From Octopus bimaculoides (lineage: Eukaryota), in the NCBI RefSeq assembly GCF_001194135.2, contig NC_068984.1:87917945-87981944 (forward strand): a DNA stretch of 64,000 nucleotides. The letters are read 5' to 3'. Positions 14,133-28,589 of the stretch are shown in pieces. Position 1 is the stretch's first letter, and each line of letters opens with the position of its first letter. The notes under the pieces were generated by a model, which saw only the letters and a program-made list of their open reading frames with translations, was not told the DNA's origin and made no database searches. A program made the position numbers and the translations under genes.

Positions 14133-14190
<58 letters not shown>

Positions 14191-15784
14191 ATATACACAT
14201 ACAAGAGCATATATACGATGATTATATCTTAACTGTAGAAACAACTGGAGAACTTAATCATATAATCTTCAAATATCATTGAGATCTTTGCTTTTTATGA
14301 TATTTTGCTCTGCACATTCTTTTGAACCAATTTATTTCTATGAAAACTCATTCCTACTATGGATATTGCAGTGCAGTAATAATATGTTGAAGTTTAACAT
14401 GTTAAACAATTGAGCTCTTAAATTCTATGGATATATTTTTAAAGTGCTTATGCACTAATTCAATATGTAACACACACACACGCACATTCACACAAAAATA
14501 CAAGCATATATGTATGTGTGTATGTGTTTATGTGCGTCTGCATGTATGTACGTACGTATAATCTTGCATATATGTACAAATGTATATATGCGTATATGCA
14601 TATATACGGGCATGCATATATGCACACATATTCATGTATATAAGTATCCTTATCACAATAACCAGTAGAAAAACGTCCAGAGAGTAGTTTCTCTGCCAGT
14701 ATTTATTATATAGATTAAAATATCCGTGATGTTGAGTATGAATAATTATAAATTTCTTAAACTATCTTGGTTCTGGGGTCGAAATATTCAGGAAAAGTTT
14801 CTGTATTCGTAAATTATCAAGAAATGCTTGAATAAGATGATTTCATTTTTTTGAAGCAATAATTGCGATCGAAAGTTGGCTACAGATAGAAATTTGATAA
14901 CGCAGCAAAGAAATAATTACTATAGAGGTATAGTATCATTTGAAGACAATATTACTGTATTTATTAGTGTTGTAAAAATGTTTAAAATTAAAAGGTATCT
15001 CAATGAGAATGAGTAATCATATTCTCAGTATTAATTTGCAGCAAGTTATTATTTAGTATATTTTCAATTACATTTACATAAGTAATTTTTGGGTGGCAGT
15101 AATAATATATTTGGTTCAGAAAAGAATCACAAGACGGATTCTTGAAGCCGAGCCATCTAACAGGTGATTTAAAGATAAATGAATAACGAAATGGTTGGAT
15201 AATATCCATAGTCTGAGTTGATCAAACATGAGAATCCAGCCGGTAAATGTAATGATCGGTGATTCTGATAGGACCCTTTGGAGGAGGTGTCTGAGGATCT
15301 ATCTCTACAACCCTCCCAAGAATAGTGGGTGAAGAAGATGGATGGATGGATATTTGTAACTCTGCGTGGTATTTACAAAGTCTTAAACCATTATATTCCT
15401 TATAGTTGTCTTCGCTATGACTTACAATGACCCCAAGATAAATTTTCTTCTATTTCTTTCATTATGGGGTCTTTTCATTATGGGGTCTTTTGCCTTTTTC
15501 TCTGAAAACAAAAGGGGCTGTGGTCAGAACTGGAGCGGAGCCGGCTCTGCCGGGTTTAAATCCTCCAACCAAGCTGCATATTACGGCAGCACGCTCACAA
15601 CTCTATCAAGGGTTAAGGACTCGAGACAAAGCAAATAACTATAACATTAACAAGTAGACACAGTTTAAAATATAAAATATCTCACCAATAAAATAGATTT
15701 TGAATTGAAAAAGTTTTCCCTACTTAGGGCGAGAAAATTTCTCCGTTTATGCTTACCGGATTATTTTCAATAATTACCCGTTGT

Positions 15785-15851
15785 GAAGAAGAAGAAGAAG
15801 AAGAAGAAGAAGAAGAAGAAGAAGAAGAAGAAGAAGAAGAAGAAGAAGAAG

Positions 15852-15910
<59 letters not shown>
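15785..15910. repeat. (GAA)n(GTA)n compound microsatellite
   Basis: Directly visible in the sequence. Confidence 0.97.
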
Positions 15911-15911
<1 letters not shown>

Positions 15912-16304
15912 AAGGCAATTTTTCTTTAAATTAAATTTTTTCTTATAAATGTATATATGATAATTACTTCTTCAAAATCTATTTCATAATTATAGTTATA
16001 TGACCTTTTTTTTATCAAGACGTTTCTATACCCTTGATAATAAGCATATCATGACGAAGTACTGGTCAACGAAGGTACTTCTACATGGACTCTCAGCCAC
16101 TTAGACATACAAGCCAAATCTTCCCCAAATTACAAGTTATCGTCTTGAAAATGAAAGATCACATTGGATAGTGTAGTCTCAGATACACTATCTTGAACAG
16201 ACAACGTGGTCACGGCTGGAATGCTTTTGATCATAGACGCACTTAATTATGACTGACCTTGAATCAAGGAATGACAAAATCTGGCTTGAGTAGAAAGGCA
16301 CTAT

Positions 16305-17000
16305 CTTTTGTCATAACAAATTCGAGGAATAACAGAAATTGCCTGCGCTGTATATTGAATGGAAATATTGGATTGGATGATTGTAAATTAATTTGGCACA
16401 TAAAAATATGCTCTCCTTTATTACCTCCCATAATTGTTTCTTTATCAATGAAATTCTTATGCAGTCCTTTCACTACTGGTCAAAATCCATTCAACAAATG
16501 TTTTTGTGGGTCATGTTTCGTAGCGGTAATTTTGAGTTTCAGTGAGTGATGGAGCGTCCTTGATAGAGATTAATTATTCACAGACTCTACACGAAAATTA
16601 ATCATGTGAAATGACCTAATCGACACTCCAATTTTCTTCTTCATTGATGATGCGCATTATCTCATCTTTTCGATATAATCATAACCTTCTTAGATGCATC
16701 AGAAATTTTCTTGTTCGCGCCTGGTGAAATTAATTTCTAAATTAGTATTTCAATAACACTGACTTTCTCCACGATATCCCATCTGATGGTTGACTTAGCC
16801 TGTATCGAGTTCAGTGTGAGGTGTAAGATCAGTGTTATCAAAGTACCGAACTCATTCATTTCAATCCATTGAGAACTGATCCACCACCACATAGAGAAAA
16901 TCAACTGCAATTCTTGTGCTAACAAATACTTGTACGATTTTTGTTTGGCTTCTCAGATAAGCCATCAGAATATCGTATAAGTAGGTGTTGCCTGAATCTC
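16305..17000 (-). mobile_element. Decayed Helitron PIF1-family helicase fragment
   Basis: Minus-strand frames SGNTYLYDILMAYLRSQTKIVQVFVSTRIA (like motif I, GKTFLY..LL..LRS.GKIV.AVAS.GIA), IRWD (like the Walker B region IIWDE), HSLKLK...DP...LLNG and NFIDKETIMGGNKGEHIFMCQINLQSSNPIFPFNIQRRQFLLFLEFVMT (like F.L.RRQFP..LAFAMT). Confidence 0.7.
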
Positions 17001-18559
17001 ATGCAGTATCAGTAAACTAGAAATGGCTTCCAACTGTAACAGCAGGAATAATTTTAAATAGCTGACGCTTGAGTTTAACGTAGGAGCCAAATGTTGGAGT
17101 TTTGTGATTTCCTTTGCAGCTTTATAAATTGTTTCATTGCTCATTATTTTCTTTTTTGTTGAAAATCTAATTAGGAATGTTTGTGTGGTTAAAGGGTTTT
17201 CAGCACTCCAGGCAAGTGTCTTCTACCAAAGGGTGTTCTTCGGTCCTAGACTTAATCTGACACTACGTCAAATGCCACTACGTATCCCTTGGATATGTTT
17301 ACAGGCTTTTCCCTTTGTTGCAAGCATTCGGGCCAGATCTTCTGTTTGAGGAAGACTTCCTCCCTTTCTTCTTTCAAAATTTTAAAAAGATCATGGGCAT
17401 TTCTTTTATCCTCTGATTAAATCGTGTAAAAGAAAGTGTGCACTTCTTATAACACACATTAAAATGCGTGCAGTTCTTTCACAGCATTATCCCTATAGAA
17501 ACAACGAGATTGTTCAAATCTTTTGCTGAGTCAAACAACACACAGATTAATGAAAACGTATTAATGAAATCGAAATTGTTTGCCATACTGGATACTGAAG
17601 CTTTTAAAGATCGAATCGGTCCCGTCCTCTTTCACTAGATTTCTTTCGATTAACCGCAGATTTCAACAACGATTTGTATTCGAATTTATCTTCATTTCAT
17701 AGAAATTTTTAGCTTTCTTAGTAAATTATTATGATATTTTAAAACAAAATCTCTACTTGTCCTTTAAGCTGCTGACAAACTTCGTGGTACAGTCTGTTCT
17801 ATTCGACTCTGATATTTTTGAGATGTATTCTATATATTTTTAGGCGTAATGACGTGAGATTTTGGTCGCTAGTATACATTGTTGGCGCTTTTATTAATTT
17901 GAAATAGCCAGACTACGCGTGTTTTGGAGTTGCTTCAATAAACTAAATTTATTTGTTCTCCTTCTTGAAAATATACCAACTGTTCAACAGGAAAATGAAT
18001 TAACAGGCAATAAACTGTGTATATATGACATGCAATACATTCTCTAAAATCTTCCACTTCTACTTTATTGATACGTCAACTGTCTAAATATTTCCAAATT
18101 TTATTAAGCCCTGCATCTCTACTGAAATTTCACTGTTGCCTTCTAAATTTTTATACGTGTGTTTGAAACTGTAATTCACAGCTGTCACTAATTAGAAGGG
18201 TTCATCATTTTATATTTTCTAGTCAAAAACTAAAATCGAGCAATAGGTGAGACATGAACATAAATCTCTTGTTAAGAAATTTAAGAATGTCTCTAAATAT
18301 GTGACAAAAGTGTCAAAGCTTTTAAGATTTAGCCAAGGAGAGAATTCAAGTGGCCATGACCCTTTATTATTTTTTTATGTCATCAAGACATGAAGGAAAC
18401 TAATCATTATGGAAACAGACAACAGATCTTGAAAACTCGTAACAACGTAAACTGCGCTAAAAGCACCCGTAGATCAGATGGTGGTGGTGATAAACCGGAT
18501 GACAGATTATGACTACTGCCTCACAACTCAGAGAATTGAGAACCAGAATAAATAAGTAC

Positions 18560-19080
18560 CGACTTGCTCAATTATATTAACCCCAGTGCTCAGCTTGTGG
18601 TTATTTTATAGACTCTAAAAAGATGAAAGTCAAAGTCGACTACGGTGGCATTTGAACATAGAACGTAACGTCAGACGAAATGCTGCTAAACATTTTTTTC
18701 CGACGTGGTAACTATTCTGCCAGCTTGCCGCCTTGAGCTGGAATAAATATTGGTTTCAAGTTTTGCTACAAGACCAGCGATTTCGGAGGGGGAATAAGCT
18801 GAATATAGCGACCCCAATGCTCAACTGATACTTATTTTATCGATCCTGATAAGATGAAATGTCAAGTCAACCTCGATGGAATTTGAACTTGGAACGAAAA
18901 GACAGACGAAATGCTGCCAAGCATTTTGTCCGGCATGTTAGCGATTCAACCAGCTCGCCACTTTAAGGGTGAAAGGCGAAATCGACTGCGGTGAAATTTG
19001 AACTCATATCGTAAAGTCAGATGAAATACCACTAAGCATTTTTTTTCGGTCTGCTAATGATTCTGCCAGCTCCCTGCCTT
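18560..19080 (-). mobile_element. Three adjacent same-orientation SINE family B copies (about 18560-18734, 18742-18963 and 18965-19080)
   Basis: Each copy ends in the reverse-complement head (ctgccagcttgccgcctt, ccagctcgccact, ctgccagctccctgcctt) and contains atttgaac plus gatgaaa/gtgaaa core remnants. Confidence 0.8.
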
Positions 19081-20325
19081 AGCTGAAATATATATTGAAA
19101 TGTAATGGTCCTCTGCTTTACTCATTCTGCTGGTTCACCACCTAGTAATGGTCATTGTCTAGTTATACTATGATACTCATTGACAAGTTATGATATGATA
19201 CTCATTTTCACTTCATTATGAAGATGGTACAATTACAGCCCAACCACCTTCAAACGTTTTTGATTCCACATTCAGAATATGCATCATTCCTTTGTATTGA
19301 TCACCTCTTAGTCGATTTGTTTTCTTCTTACCAAATATAGATTATAGACATCAGTTTGTAAATATAAGTCTACTGTCCACTGTTGTAGAATGCGGTTGAA
19401 TCAATCTAATCTGACAGTTATCCAATCAACTTTCCATTGCAACAAGAATATGTGACCTTTGACGTTCAGATTGGTCTTCTGGGATGATTATCATGTTTGG
19501 TTGCCATCCAAATTCTCTATAACGATCAGATTTGGGAGATCATAAGAATAAATGCAAAAGTCACATTGAAAAGTGGCTCTACCTTCTGAAAATTGTTGCC
19601 AATCCGTCTAGTGCTAGAAAATATGCAAAATATTAAATTGGCAATTGCAACAGTCCAAGGATTTTGAAAAACCTATGTGTTCTAGTACATGTTTTAGTAC
19701 ATATAGCAGTTGATAAGCTTCGGCGTAAACATAATTGACTATGGTAATGTGATCCATCTGTTTTATAGTGTCAACATTTAATACCTCATTTACTGGATTG
19801 CCGATAACTTTAGTTGTCTGATAATGTCTGAATTGATCAGGAAAAGTTGTATATATTCTTTTATCATTATTTGAGTGTATGTAGCATTGTAACAATAAGC
19901 TAGATCATAAACACTTAGGATATAAGCAACTTACAAGAAAGTAAAATCTAGTGCCAAATTACAGGAAGGAATATTTTCATCGAAGTAATTGTAATGGGGA
20001 GAGTTAGAACTGTTGAGTAATTTTCGTAAAACTGTTAAATCCTAACATTTGAAGCCCATTTCCTAGCAAAACCATCACTTTATGACGGCAGAACTTGCAG
20101 TTATTGTCAGTCTATTTCTTTCGGACAAAGCTCAAAGAATAATAAAAAATATCATTCTTTATTCATGGGATTGTAGAGTTAAGTCTTGATAATGTTATTA
20201 TAATGCATGTCGTTGTTGGGAACAGTTATTCTGTGTGACTGTTGTTTTTGTTTCTCTCTACATACACAATCGCTTGCCTTCGTGTCCATCTTACTTACTA
20301 TTATTATCTTAAATAGTGAACGTTA

Positions 20326-20356
<31 letters not shown>

Positions 20357-20495
20357 CTTCTTCTTCTTCTTCTTCTTCTCCTCCTCCTCCTCCTCCTCCT
20401 CCTCCTCCTCCTTCTTCTTCTTCTTCTTCTTCTTCTTCTTCTTCTTCTTCTTCTTCTTCTTCTTCTTCTTCTTCTTCTTCTTCTTCTTCTTCTTC
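20326..20495. repeat. (CTT)n(CTC)n(CTT)n polypyrimidine microsatellite
   Basis: Directly visible, just upstream of the CR1-group LINE. Confidence 0.97.
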
Positions 20496-20559
20496 TCTCT
20501 ATATATTCCTGCTCTCAGGAATGATTCATTGCAAACAAGCACAGTTGGAGTCCCTGTTG

Positions 20560-22535
20560 TGCTACCATTTTGGATCTCTGCTTCACAAACTATATGGACA
20601 TCGTTCATCATGTAAAAGTGATGCCGACATTAGTTTCGGATCACAACATAATAGAGTTGTCTATGTATGGACCAAAAGTAGCCAGAGACATACAGCCGAA
20701 AAGAAGTACCCAAAATCTCTTCAATCTGAACTTCCACAAAGCAGACTGGAAATCGATCCAAAAAGAGATCTTCAGACAGGACTGGCCGCAATGTCTCTCC
20801 AGACCAGACATTGGCACGAAACTAGAATATTTCATATCTGTTATGCAAACCAAATGCCAGAATAACGTCCTAGAGCACAAGGCCAACACAAAAAGAACAA
20901 GATTCCACGAGAGAGAAAGATCCTCATGAGACAACGGACGAAGGTTGCAAATCGCTTCAACCAACATTCAAAAAGTAGTGAAAGGTCCCGGCGAAAACAA
21001 CAATGATGGTGATTGAAAAAGACCTGCAACAATCCTATGTGAGGGAGAGAGCAAAGAAAGAAGTCTGAGTTATAAAAAACATTAAGTTAAACCCAAAGGC
21101 CTTCTTTCATTGTACTAAAGAAACAGCCTCTGTACGCTCCAAAAAGATGGCTCCCTCAAAGATAGCCCAACCAAGATCAGCAAGATACTGAATGACCAAT
21201 TCAAAAGTGATTTTACCACCTCGTTGTAACACAGACAAGTGAACGAACCGGTGGATTTCTTTGCCGCCTCATCTATAACAAGCGAGGCAGTTACGATGGA
21301 TTACATCGACATTACCGAAGAAGATATACTTCTAGCCATAGATGAGGTGGATGTAAACTCAACTGCTGGCCCTGGTGGATTCCCAGCGATCTCCTCAAAT
21401 CGTGTAAGTGTGCCCTAGTGAAACCACTACAGATTCTCTTCTAGAGCTTCCTTGCAAATGGCAGGCTGCCAAGCAAGCTGAAGCAGGGAATAATATGCCC
21501 AATCCATAAAAGAGGAAGCAGAACAGATGCCAAACATTATAGGCCTATCTCTCTGACTTCACACATCAGCAAAGTCATGGAACGCATCGTCAGAGGGAAA
21601 CTAATCGCATTTCTTGAAGAAAACGATTTGCTGAGTGATACCCAGCATGGCTTTTGACTAGGTAGGAGCTGCCTGACCCAGATCTTACAGCACTATTACT
21701 GGGTGTTGAGGCAGTTACTCAACAACTCAAATGTGGACGTAATATACCCTGACTTTGCAAAAGCATTTGATAAACTAGATCATGGTATGATATGCCACAA
21801 ACTGCGTGATCTCGGCATAGCTGGAAAACTTGGTGAGTGGTTACATGACTTTCTGAAAGATAGAAGTCAGGCAGTAGTGGCCAATGGAACCACCTCAAAG
21901 AAAACACAAATAGTGAGTGGTATTCCACAGGGCACTGTCTTGGGACCACTGCTTTTCATAGTGGCCCTCTCACATATGCCCTCGGCTGCCCGGATAGCCA
22001 CCCTTGCTAACTATGCAGACGATACAAAAGTCTCTCTGAAAATACAGAACCCCAGCGATGTTGCACACCTGCAGCAGGAGTTGGACTCAATTTACAGATG
22101 GGCTGAAGACAATAATATGCAGTTTAATGCTGAAAAATTCCAAGCCCTGCGCTACCAGCGCCCAAAATTGAATATAAAACTTACAGTGTACACTGGTCCG
22201 CAGGGAATTTCAATCCCAGAGCCTGAATCAGTGAGGGACCTGTGTATCAACATGAGTGATGATACCTCTTTCCAAGTACACATTACCAGGATGGTGACAG
22301 AGTGCAGGCAACTGGCTGGATGGATCCTGAGAACCTTCAGAACCAGAGAGAAGGAAACCATGATGGTCCTCTGGAAGACATTCGTCCTCAGCCGCCTGGA
22401 CTGCTTCTCCCAGCTATGTTCAACCAACAGCGCAAAATTAACAGTGGACCTTGAAGCAATCCAGCGAAGCTTCACAAAGAAGATTGTCTCATTGCAACAG
22501 CTCAGCTACTGGGACAGGCTGAAACAGCTCATACG
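20560..22535 (+). mobile_element. Truncated, frameshifted CR1/L2-group LINE (end of APE endonuclease plus reverse transcriptase)
   Basis: LDLCFTN...SDH (APE C-terminus). RT motifs DFAKAFDKLDH, SGIPQGTVLGPLLF and YADDTK, then thumb GWILRTF...LEAIQRSFTK in ORF 21703..22578. Confidence 0.9.
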
Positions 22536-22740
22536 CCTTGGAAAATCCACAGTCACATATAGAAAAATTAATAAGTGACTGTGGATTTTCATGGATAAGT
22601 TCATGAACTTTGGTTCTTTTCTCTAAAACTATATATTTATATTTTATACTGTGAAACTTAATTTAATTTTAATTTTTAATGAATTGAATTTAATTGAGTT
22701 TTTACCTGTAAATTTGAATTTTTATCCCTAATATTATTAT

Positions 22741-22806
<66 letters not shown>

Positions 22807-23582
22807 ATTATAATTATAATAGGGCAAACGCGGTACCAGCATTGTTGTGTCGCAAAAACATAGTCTTCCTAACACAAGGAAATGCAACAGTCTGTTCAAT
22901 AGATACTTTATCTGTCATAGATACAAGTACCAACCTCGAATATTCGGAAAACATTTAAATTCATAATTCTTTTTTCTTTTGACATTCATACTGTCTTCAG
23001 TTATTTTATTGGGTTTTTTTTTTATTGAAGTACTTTCGTCCAGCTTTTCTTGGTTCACATGAGGCATTTTTAGAGAGACTGAATGCTTGTTGTGGATTTC
23101 AATGCCAACTCGTTCGATGGTGCTTGAACATTTAGTCTACTTATTTGTGCTGTGCTGCGTTGCTTATTTTTAGACACAACACAAATGATGATATTTTTCA
23201 CTGTGGCTGAATAGCTATGGAAATAAAATTCAACAAGGCCACAAAATTTAGTAAAGTATATTAACATCAAAATCATTTGAATATTGTTTTCAATAATTAT
23301 CTGTGGAACATTCACAACATAGTTTTCTTGGTGGTGGCCGATTTTATATAGCACAGCAATGGGTCCAAACATTGAAAAACTTTGATCGAAGTCCGGAAAT
23401 GAATCGAAGAATTACTTTTCTCCTTTCATATGATGTAAACTCATGTATGAATTGTTATCAATCATGGCGACGTAAAAATATAATTTGTTTTGTTTCAACT
23501 CTTCCGCTAGAAATAATGTTTTCTGAATGTTCCGTGCACAGCTAATACGTGCGCTGCTGGTATTCAAAATCCTGATTTTGTC

Positions 23583-23697
<115 letters not shown>

Positions 23698-26090
23698 ACT
23701 ATCTTTCTATTTATTTCTCAATTAATCTTACAAACGCATACACTTTATCTCAACATTCTCTGTCTTCTTTAAACACATATCAACTCATAGAAAGTGTTTA
23801 GCTTTTTACTGTATATTGTAACAGACTCTATGTTTACAGCAACAGTTTCCGGCAAACAGACTCTAAGTTTTTGTTTGTCTTCTAAGCTAAAACTGTTTTC
23901 ACGTACATTACTCAAGATTATTTTTAACCACAAATTGTTTTGCCTCATAGTTATAGCATAACTGCATTATCCCATGCATGTGAGCATTACTTCGAACGTG
24001 TGCAGAACATTTAGTTTCTTCAAAGGTAAAGTCATTTTTCGCACTAGAGAGGAAGTATAAGGTGTTCAAAAAGCCTCTCCGCAGTAAGTATTTTATTGCA
24101 AAATAAATATTTATAAAATGATAAAAGACTACAAAAGAATATATTTGACTTTACAAAACTTTACATAAGTTGACTCGTCTACACATATTTTGAAATACAT
24201 TTTGGATGGAAAAAAAAATCACTGCGGAAAGACTTTTTGAACTCCCTGCATATCTCTTAAAGCAAAGTTCAGCAAACGCTGAGGAGGCGACTGAATTGGG
24301 AGCCAATGCGAATAAAAATAATGAAACGGTGATCACAAGAGGCTGTAGAAACAAGATACTATTTTTTAATTACAGTTTCATTACAGGAATATGCACCACG
24401 TTAACTACCTTCACTTACTATCATATAGGGTAGGGGCAAAGTCATGTCAGATTGTAGTTCAAATTTTACTCCTATCATCAAAATTGATTGCCTGTGACGA
24501 TCAGGCAACGCTGACCTACAAATGGATTTAATACATCTTCTCTTTGAAAATTATTTTCACGTAAATAGATCATACCAAACGTTGAAACTTATCCTCTAGC
24601 AAAGAACTTATAAGTAAGAGTATATCTTTTATAAAAGTCAATCGGATTTCTCTTCTGTAGTAGTCTTTTCACTTAAAGATCTGAAAGATGTTTTTAATGC
24701 CTTCACATTTTCATTGAGATCAGAAAAACATTATAAAACACTAGAACCAGCTCTAGATTAGCAAGGATGCCTTGAGCAAATTCGAAAAAGAAACGGTGAA
24801 TTTGTTTCTTGGATGTATCTTTCAAAGCAAATAAAGTTATTGAAGTTATTAGCTGGGAGTGAAAAATTCACGTTAAAAAGCTTTCGCTTTAGAATATATG
24901 AGCATATAAGCTGAAAATCCCCTTGTAATCTCGGAATGGATCTGTTGAAATGTGTCATGAACACAATTAAGGGTGCTTATTTCCGTAACCACTCACCGGT
25001 TACAAGAAGCGACTGAGCACTGTTCCACTCATTTAAAAAAATGCCAATTTCCATCAGATGTTGATAAAATTATGAGATAACTTAACTGGTAATAATTCAC
25101 CCTACAGCAGTGTGTTATGGCAAAATACTATGTTCAGCTCCTATTTCTTCAAAAAATTGATCGCAAACTAGTGATAAATGAGTGCATGTTATCCAATAAA
25201 ATTCGCTGTTGCTTCTACTGGTTCTATCACACATGACAAATCTGCAATGGTTCTGCTGATGAAAGATGCATTGAAATACTATGGACTTTCTACATTCCAT
25301 ATGGCCACAAGCTTTGTGGTCTTGACCAACGAAACCTTTTCGTACACCAAACATAATGTTTCCATCAACAAATGCTTTAGACGCTTCCTAAGCAGAAGAT
25401 AGCCGTACCGTCTTTTCAAAGTTATCATAAATTCTCCAAATGAACAATAGAAACGAACAAATTTTCATGCACGGACATTGGCTCAACAAGAACGATAGAA
25501 AACTGCTGGGGATGATGTATCTTGTGTCTTCGACTCTCCTACCCACGGTTTCTGCAAAAAGATTCGCATGCTTGAATATTTATTTTTTTAATGAACATAC
25601 TTTATAAGATATTGCTTTCGTTTTCCTTTCTTAGCTAATAACCATTGTCAAACTGGCTTTAGATGCAGATTCATGATTAACACTTAGCCATGTGATAATT
25701 ACTATTGTGATAAAATACTGATCGCAAAAAAAAAAAAGAAAAACGCCACATGATGCAATGAAGGAAATGTTACTCATTTAAAGACGTGTAAATCGGTATA
25801 TGCTATTACGATACGGCATACAGTTAAAAAGTTTAACTAAGGAGAATGGGATGGCTATGATGGCTTCGTGGCACAACTTTTCTGAGTAAATAATTATCAC
25901 TTAGGGTTTTGTTTTGTTTCAATTAAAAATATTCCAATCTCAAATGTTATTAAAAAACGCAATATTTAGAGTCGAAATTTCGCTTTTCTCTCGTGGTATT
26001 ATGAAACAGTTTTCTAGATCAATTTCCCGATTAAAAGTTTTTAAAGAAGACAAAATGGTAATGCTGTGCATATTCTAATAAACGGAGCAG

Positions 26091-26094
<4 letters not shown>

Positions 26095-26133
<39 letters not shown>

Positions 26134-26148
26134 TAGATATATATATAT

Positions 26149-26197
<49 letters not shown>

Positions 26198-26942
26198 CAA
26201 ACAAAGAACTGTAGCAGGCTTCAAATCACAATATTAAAATAAGTAATGTGTATGTTTTATAACATATAGTGTATATATTATATATATACTAATGCATACC
26301 CGTTGTTTTATGTGAGGAATAAGTTACATTGAAATATAGGAATATATTCAAGAAAGACTTAAATGAAGATAAAACAATATTGAAATAAAGAAGCATTTAG
26401 TAGATCAAAATACATATTAGTTTTTATCTGACTTTATTTCTGTATACAACGTTATATACAACAAACCACAGATAGGCAATTTTATACCTCTGCATACAAT
26501 ATCTTTTGTGAATTTCACATTTTCATCATTGAGGCTCCTGTGATATCTTCTTGCTGTAGTAAATTGACTTAAGAGAAATTTAAAGAACGGAGCTTCATCG
26601 TTTTCTTTCCATTTTTTTTTCCTAACTTACTTCTTTTAAAAGAAGAGTTATTTTATTTTCGAAAATGGTAATTTAATGTCTGTAATGCACGTGTTGAGAA
26701 ATATATGTGTGTGTTTGTGGATATACATACATACATACATACATACATACATGCGCATGAATGTACATACATACATACACACAGATCAAGCGGGATGATG
26801 TATTGGGCAAGAGATCGAGGGAAAAACAGTGATAGAACGCTGCTGCACAATACCTTTGAATTGTCTATCTTTCTCGTTTATTGGCTGAGATCGAAGGAAA
26901 AACGCAGACAGGCATACGGACAGACATAGACTGGCAGACACG

Positions 26943-27020
<78 letters not shown>
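26095..27020. repeat. Cluster of (AT)n/(AGAT)n (26095-26195), (ATAC)n (about 26723-26780) and (AGAT)n (26944-27020) microsatellites
   Basis: Directly visible in the sequence. Confidence 0.9.
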
Positions 27021-27769
27021 CATTGCATTTCTTATTGTGAAGAAAGTAACTTGATAACATTTAATAGAGTAAAACATGTTTACTCGTAAGTTATTTTAAG
27101 AGAAATTTAAAGAACGGCGATTCATCATTTTCTTGTCATTTAGTAATAAAACTACTTTTTTGAAAGAAAGAATTTTTATTTGTATGTGTGTGTGGGGGGG
27201 GGGTGCGTAGATGTGTGTGTGTGCGTGTATCTGTGTACGTACATACATACATACACGTACGTACGTACATATAAACATACAGAGTCAAGAGTAGAGATTT
27301 GCAGACCAAAGTGGAAAAACACAGATTTGACAATAATTATAGCGACTTTTATGTATATAAAGTCATATGTTGTGACTGCGTGTTTGAGAAAACGTTGATA
27401 TTTACATGAGTAATCCGAGGGAAAGAGATTCGACTATTTTGTCAGCTTCAACATGTTTTGTTATTCAACACAGCTTAAATTTTAGCGAACAAATGATCGT
27501 TTCAGTCATCTAACTGCTTTCAATAATGTTTTAATAGAAATAACAAGAACTGAGCGCTTCTCCCACTGCTGGGAGAAACGAAAGAAAACTTTTTGAGTTT
27601 TCTTTATACAACCAAAATGGTTTCCAAAATAGAAGTCTCTAATCGATCGCTAAAAATTAAAGACACCACCTGTTGCAACCTGTTTTAATGCTGATGTTAA
27701 GACGGAATTTGGACTCAAAAAGAGAAGTATTGTTAGTGGTTGTCTGAAATTAACACAACGTAAATACAA

Positions 27770-28382
27770 AAGACATGAAAATGTGACAAGAATGACACAT
27801 TGGGGGTTGTGTGAGAATTCTGCCTAGAAAGATCAAAGATGTGGTATGACCAATCCCAGAAGGAGTTACTGAGAATGAGGATCGGAAAATCCTGTGGGAT
27901 GCAATGATTCAGTTTGACCATAAATGATTCAGTGCGACCATCAATGTTAGGTTTCCGATGTTTACATCGGAAACCTGACAGTGTTGTGGTGAACAGAAAA
28001 AGAAAAAAAAAACACATGCCTGATAATCGTGATAGCATGTCCTGGTGATATCAGGATCGAAGAGAAAGAAGAAAAAGTGAACAACTACGATGAATTGAAG
28101 TGGGAAATACGCAGGTTGCAAGCAATGAAGAATAGACGGGATACGCATACTGACCGGCGCGCTTAAAACCATCTGCACTCAACTACAAACGGTATTCAAA
28201 AAAATTGGTACAAATGTAAAGATAGAACACCTACAAAAACCAACATTACTTGGAACTGCAAGAATTCTCCGCAGGGTTCTTTAAGCACGTCACTAAACAA
28301 ATGTCATCTTAGTCACCTGACTGTGGGTAACTGACACTTTCCATCATACCCAGCAAAATAAACTGAGAGTCTTTCATGAAAT
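27770..28382 (+). mobile_element. 3' end of a Dong/R4-clade (restriction-like endonuclease) LINE with 3' UTR
   Basis: Decayed frame RHENVTRMTHWGLCE..., VTENEDRKILWDAMIQ, HRKPDSVVVN, IACPGDIRIEEKEEKV..YDELKWEIRRL, EHLQKPTLLGTARILRRVL*. A short UTR and a microsatellite follow. Confidence 0.8.
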
Positions 28383-28383
28383 G

Positions 28384-28402
28384 CTACTACTACTACTACT
28401 AC

Positions 28403-28441
<39 letters not shown>

Positions 28442-28473
28442 TGATGATGATGATGATGATGGCGGTGGTGGGG

Positions 28474-28542
<69 letters not shown>

Positions 28543-28565
28543 ATAATAATGATGATGATGATGAT
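28384..28565. repeat. Compound trinucleotide array CTA-TAA-TGA-GGY-GTA-TAA-TGA
   Basis: Directly visible, next to the Dong/R4 3' UTR. Confidence 0.95.
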
Positions 28566-28589
28566 AAAATACTCAGATGTAATAACAAG

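Noticed and set aside
24058-25605. Possible very old mariner (YYVQLL-like and PYxxxL-like remnants, weak terminal similarity)
   Set aside because: The motifs are too decayed and the TIRs are not convincing by eye.
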